Shown here in pieces: positions 58,302 to 64,000 of a DNA stretch of 64,000 nt. Numbering within the stretch: the first letter of the stretch is position 1; each line of letters starts with the position of its first letter. The notes under the pieces were generated by a model. The model ran no database searches, was not told the DNA's origin, and saw only the letters and a list, made by a program, of their open reading frames with translations. Source of the stretch: Reclinomonas americana ATCC 50394 (lineage: Eukaryota); the NCBI GenBank assembly GCA_048213135.1, contig PS015059.1:44231-108230 (forward strand). Direction: 5' to 3'. The position numbers and the translations under genes were made by a program.

Positions 58302-61300
58302 TCATGTGGGTGGCACTGGTTCCGGAGGCACCAGGTCCTCCTGCAGAACGAGTTGAAGTGTGTCGGAGACCTGCTCGAACGTTGGTCGCGCAGACGGGTT
58401 GTCCGACCAGCAGCTCTCAATCAGTCTGTAATAAAGCAGAGTATTGATTGAGTACATGTTGTTCTTTGTTTTTTGTTTGTTGTGTCAAACCTCTTCAGTC
58501 GGTCTGGCAGGTCTGCGGCGAGCTCGGGTCGCCGGTTGTAGGTACTAACTTGATACATGATGGCTGCAAAGGAGACGAGAAAAGAGTGAGAGACAAACAC
58601 ACACACACACACACCGGTTGTGTTGCGTGTCAAGAACCACTCACCAAAATCGTTGGTGATGGTGGAGAATGGTCTCTTGCCCGAGATTATTTCGTTCATC
58701 ATCACTCCAAAACTGTACACGTCCACGCTCTTGTTGTACGCATCGTCGCCACCTGAAACAAAAGACACGGCCGTCAACAAGGATTCGCAACACGGGAGAG
58801 GTACAGCAGAGCACGCAACGCAGAATCTCGGGCGACATATACGCAGTGGTTCCTGTGGCACGAGTAGTGATGAATGCACGAAAACGCGGAGAGAACAACC
58901 AACACACACGCTGCGTACCTCCAAAAGTGGTGAGCTGAGAGCCTCCTCTCGACCCGACCACCTTGGCAAGCCCAAAATCTGCACGATGAGGTGGAGGAAA
59001 TGAGAGTGGTACGATGGTAAAGGAAAATAGGGGGAGAGTGCCATCGCACCGGCAATCTTGGTCGTCGGTATGCTGCCAGCAGAGACGCACAGCACATTGG
59101 CAGGCTTCAAGTCTGCGCACACACTCCAGACTGAGTCACAAACGTTCAAATCACAGGCTACCGCCATCATTATTGCGCACACACACCTCGATGCACAACA
59201 CCAATGACGTGCCTGGAGAGAGAGGAGAAAGAAGTGAGGGACGCTGTGTGAAAATGAGAACACGGAGTGTTGTCGACGCAACAAGAACGCCATGGTCGAA
59301 CTGATTTGCTGGCAAATAGTGAGCCGATCCTGCAGCGTGGCAGCGAGACCGGCAGGCGATTTGAGCCATCCGTGCTGCGCGGACGTGCACAGAATCAGAA
59401 GGTGGGCGCACATAGTCTGTGCAAAGTGCGGTGGACGCAACGAGATCACCACCGGGAACGTACTCGGTGACAATGTAGCAGACGCCGGAGGTTTCGGTGT
59501 TTGCGCCGACAAAATTGACCACGCCCGGATGTCTCGCTCGACTCAGCGCCAGCAACTCGCCCGACACGTCCGTCGATTCACTCGTAATCAATTCCTTGAT
59601 GGCCACTGGCGCTCCAAACAGGCGACCCTCGAATACCTTGCCGAATCCGCCACTGCAAGCGAGAGGACGCGGTGTGTTCAGGTCGCTAAAAAGATGACGC
59701 TGGTGACGACGGCACACGCAACGAGCCGAGCACACGACCGAGTTTCAAGTTATCCATGTTGATGCGCACAAACTCCACCGACGGCTTTGCCTCCATGGCT
59801 GGTACGACGCTGCGTCGTCGATGGTTCTCTTGCGAGGCCATGGTGCGCAAGTAATCCAAGTCGGCGAGCTCTGTACGTGATCAGTGAGCACGAGTGGCAA
59901 GGGCGGGAGAGAGGGGGGGGGAGGGAGAGAGAGAGATCCCACGCACCAGCAACGGCGCTTGCCACTGGCGCCGACACCTCGAGTGCCACCGTGCCTGCCA
60001 CACTCGGCTTGTTGCCATCTGCGACGGTGTAAGGTGACGGCCGCGATGTCGACTAAGAGAAGCGTACTCACCGCCAACACCAATAGTGTCCAAACCCTTC
60101 TTAATGTAGTCCTTGACATAGTCAATCACCTCAAAACACACGGAACCATACTGCAGTGCCTCCTCATTGTCGGTGGCCATGTACACACACTCCACCCACG
60201 GCGCACGCGCACTGCTGCTCAGCCGCTCACACATGGCCGGCGGAATGAATCTACGAGATCGCACTTGTCAGCAGGCGAAGAGAAGGAAGAGGAGTCAAGT
60301 ATGAGCAGCAAAACGCACTTGCCACTCTCGGTGGCTTCGCGGGTACCGACCAGGAGGATGAAAGAGTCGGGAAATCTGCGCAAAACATGCAAGAGGTGAG
60401 CAACACGAAATGCAAATAGAGCGCAAGGATATCGGTGCAGACGCACGTTGTCTGCAAGTGGTTGACCTCTCGCTTCAGCGAATTCAGCGACGCAGTGTCT
60501 GGCAACGCTGATAAGTACGAAGTGACGAGCATGGGTGACATTCATACACTGTCTCGGGCACACCTGACATGCCAAAGCACAGGCAGATCAAGTCGACCGA
60601 CGTCAAGTGCGCCACCTCGCTGGTGAACACGCCAAACAGAACCGGATCTCGCGACTCCAACGCCCCACCACAATCGTACAAGTGCAACAGCGTCGGTTCT
60701 TCGTCAATGTCGATCAGCAGCTGAGTACAGCGCATCGGCGTGAGTGAGGAATGGCGAGAGACAGTGACAAAAGCACACGACGACGCACATGCACGCGTCG
60801 ATTATCGGGCGCCACTGTGGGCGATCCGTGTTCATCGAATGTGAGCGGAAGCGGATCCTCGGCCGTGGCCGCCAGCATGCGCGTGGTGGCCGCCTGATGG
60901 TTGCCAAAGAAGAAGACTCGGGCGTGCTGACGCACACCAGGACGCGACAAGTCACCCTGCGAGTCGTCGCTCATCATGCTCGATTCCATCAACGACACCG
61001 AGTTGAGGGAGCTGGCCGACACTGAACGATTGAAGAACAGCGTCGGTGGTGAGCCCGGTGTCGAACTGCCGTCCTGTTGAGCAGAAGCAGTCGTGGACGA
61101 CACCGTGGTGGTGGTCGTCCAGGGAGACCGCGGTGCGGCAGCGGCGGTGACAGCGGTGGTGGTGATGGGTGCAGACCCCGAGGATGTCTGTGTCGCGAGT
61201 GCGGGAGCGGAAGCTGCTGCCGACGGCGCACTTGCAGCTGACTCGCGACTGCCAAAGCCCGCAATGCTGTTCTCGCCTACATTTTTTCAGCACACCGAGT

Positions 61301-61629
61301 CAGAATGCGGCTGGCGAAGCGAAAGGACGGGGCGGAACACGCAACAGAGGTATTCGTACAGTGAATCGCTGAGCATGGAACGCAGAACATCGGGTTGGGC
61401 CTTGCTTCGCCGCAGTTGGCGCACCACATCCGACGTCCAGTCGAGCACGTGTGGCATGTTGACCACCATGCCTGACAGAGGGGAAAAGTTTGTGAGAGGG
61501 GGGAAGAGGCAGGTGAGAAGAGAAGAGAGAGGCGTAACATTGTGGGGTTCCGCGGACGGTGATGGATGAGTTGTATGGTCGAACGGCGACGACCCACTGG
61601 GGAGGAGTCAAAGGGTGAGTGAAGCCGAA

Positions 61630-61679
<50 letters not shown>

Positions 61680-62278
61680 GACGCGTCGTGTGTACGTCTA
61701 CGTTACGTCGTAGTTCGTCGTCTCACTACTACGTTACTACTACTCTACGTCGTCCGTCGTCTCTTCTTCTTNNNNNNNNNNNNNNNNNNNNTGCTGTACC
61801 GTACATCCGCCTTCGGCCGTACAGCAGAGAGAGAGAGAGAGAGAGAGAGAGAGCAGCCGTCTGTTATGCACTTGTCAGTTTGTCGCTCACACTCTTAGCT
61901 AATCACTCGGCCTGACTCTCTCTTTCTATTTCTCTTCCTGACTCGTTAGTCAAACGCTCATACGGCCTGTCGCCTTCCGATCATTATGCCTCATTCACGA
62001 CTCACTAATCTTTCTTTCCCTCCCTCTATTCCGTCCCTCTTTCTCTCTCTCTCTCTCTTCTCGCTTTCTCTTTCTGACTCAAATGCCAGTCAAACGCTCG
62101 CATGGTAGTCGCAAACGACCACCCAAACCCAGCCACGGTGCACTCCCCCAACTCTCTTCTCTCTAATTTCTTTCTCTCTTTCTGACTCAGGCGACAGTCA
62201 AACGCTCGCATGGAGTTCGCATACGACCACCCAAACCCAGCCACGGTGCACTCCTCCACCTCTCTCTCCTCTCTAATT

Positions 62279-62322
<44 letters not shown>

Positions 62323-63442
62323 GTCAGTCAAACGCTCACGACTACCGATCTCCGACCACCCAAAGCCAGCCATTCTTATCTTTCCCTCCCTCGTCCCCCT
62401 CCTCTCTCTCTCTCCCTCCCTCCCTCCCTCTCTCCCAACTCACCGGCAGCGACCACAATGTGAGACCCTGCATACCACACGCAGTCAGCAGCAGCGAGAA
62501 CACGCACAAGCACCTATCGACAACGCACCTTGACGACACTGATGCTGGTCACATACAGCACCTCCAACGGCAAGTCACGGAAAGCTCCACTCAGATAGCT
62601 CTGCGACGCGACAGCACGCGTGAGACAGGCAGCCGCACAAGCAACGCACGGACGACGCCTTTCCGCACATGCACGTGCTTGCGAACGTCCTTGAATTCGC
62701 GAAAACGATGCTGCCTCGACTCCCACTGATCCACGGCCACCCACTCCGCCACATCCGCATAGTCCGGGTCGTGGAGAATCACCTCCAGCATCTCCACGCG
62801 CAACCTGGCCGGCAGTGCAAACCGACCCGCACGACTGTGTGATCGCACGCACGAGTCAGAGCTCCCGATCATCGATCATCACCGTCTCGAGTGTACGCGC
62901 GCAACGATTGCACATAGGCATCGCAGCTGGGTGAAATCAGACCGCCAACCACAAGCTTGCCTTCCTTGCTCTCCAGGTGTCGCTTGGCCACACGAAACAT
63001 CTGCGTTGCGCGCGGGCGTGTGAGTTGATTGACTGATAATCCCTCCCTGTCTCTCTCTCTCTCTTCACTCACTCACCTCCAAAATCGTGGCATTGGGCGG
63101 GGAAAACGATCCCGTGGTCAACAAGATGACGGGTTTCGCGCGTGACTGCGCCTTGCCGTCTTCGGCCGCCACTCGCCACTCGTTCTCCAACTCACTCAGC
63201 ACTCCCTGCAGCTTGCTCATGTTGTGGCCTTCAGTCGCAAGTGCCTCACTGGATCTGTGTGTGCGAGAGAGAGCAGGTGAGTGAGTGCGAGGGATCAATG
63301 AGCGTGAGTGTGTGTGTGCTTGTGTGATGATGACTCACAGTGTGCGAAGAGTGCGTGCGCCGCTCATTGTTGTTGCTGTGGACGAGTTTGTGGAAGGGGG
63401 AGAGGCGAGGGAAGAGGACCCTGCATGGCCGGGCACCGACAT
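58302..63442 (-). CDS. Multidomain protein kinase: degenerate NMNAT/NadD-like domain + degenerate Ras-like domain + TKL-type kinase
   Basis: In-frame GT-AG splicing from MSVPGHAG(63442) through VILLTTGSFSPP, VVGGLISPSCDAY, VDQWESRQ, WVVAVRP, DWTSDVVR..LSDSLYEYL|CEN, RVFFFGNHQAATT, LYDCGG, FILLVGTRE and APWVEC to LG|SGGFGKV, VAIK, HR|DLKPAN, DFG, TTAYMSPE, DVYSFG, CWSDNPSARPTF; stop at 58302. One junction near 60510-60590 is unresolved. Confidence 0.75.
61947..62372. repeat. Degenerate ~110-140 bp intronic tandem repeats separated by (CT)n
   Basis: AGTCAAACGCTC...CGACCACCCAAA(C/G)CCAGCCA at ~62088, 62195 and 62325, partial at ~61948. Confidence 0.8.
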
Positions 63443-63768
63443 CGATGTGGTCGTTTCGTCGTCGGTCGGTGGCCAGACAAGGCAATGGGACAAGCTGACG
63501 ACTTCTACTGATCAAGGAAGCTGGGCGTGGAGCCCTTCTTGTGCCACAGAGGCGAAGGGCGCAAGGCTTCCTCCAACCACGGCGATGGCTGCCACGTCGT
63601 GTTCACTCTTCGAGTTGTCACAAACGCTTACGAACTTCGGCTCTTCATCTTCTGACACCGTTGCGATGTTTAGAGGCCCACGAGTTGGCCAAAGCAGCTC
63701 CTCACGGTCAAGCAATTCAAGTGCCTTGCCACTTATCTGTCGCCCTCCTTGCTCCTTGGCTCATTCAT

Positions 63769-64000
63769 TCACCTCTCGCCATCCGCAGCCGGCCACCGCC
63801 GCTCAATCGCCCGCACCACCTCGCGCACCATGTCGTCCACCGGAACCTCCAGCACATCCACCGCCACTGCATTCTCCTCCTGCTCATCCGGCTCCTCCAG
63901 CGTCGCAAACTGACTCGCCACCAGTGTCGCCGGCATAAAGTGTCCACGCCGCTCCGTCATGCGCCGCTCAATGAGCTCCCGTGATGCGCGCAGGTACACA
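63769..64000 (-). CDS. IDNK: Gluconokinase (GntK/IdnK family), C-terminal part; start beyond window
   Basis: VYLRASRELIERRMTERRGHFMPATLVASQFATLEEP: the RxGHFMPxxLxxSQFxTLEEP signature. Confidence 0.9.
   Translation of the reverse strand, partial: VYLRASRELIERRMTERRGHFMPATLVASQFATLEEPDEQEENAVAVDVLEVPVDDMVREVVRAIERRWPAADGER

Noticed and set aside
60425-60432. ATATCCTT on the sense strand of the kinase gene
   Set aside because: Inside a normal GTGCGT...CAG intron; pairing it with the nearby AC breaks the frame.

Overview
Draft-quality (gapped, microsatellite-rich, pyrosequencing-type noise next to gaps) genomic DNA from a GC-rich, very intron-dense unicellular eukaryote. A C2CD3 orthologue implies centrioles/flagella; I cannot name the species. 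Genes were rebuilt by hand from exons: kinesin, C2CD3, ankyrin-fused long-chain acyl-CoA synthetase, a divergent polyubiquitin, universal stress protein, PUM3/Puf6, SF3B6, GH3 glycosidase, a small ubiquitin-fold protein, ERCC6L/PICH, tRNA-Pro(AGG), PIG-W, gluconokinase (partial) and several hypothetical genes. Most notable: (1) a ~6-kb tandemly duplicated two-gene cassette whose plus-strand gene encodes a repeat-variable coiled coil + HNH-type endonuclease + acidic tail, with one copy missing the last catalytic His; (2) one spliced gene fusing a degenerate NMNAT-like domain, a degenerate Ras-like domain and an intact TKL kinase; (3) frequent '+1 shifted' donors (GTTGCGT/GTTGAGT/GTTACG), 6-10 nt microexons and a probable U12 AT-AC intron; (4) a homogenised tri-ubiquitin only 75% identical to canonical ubiquitin. 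Exon boundaries come from reading-frame and motif continuity only; no searches were run.
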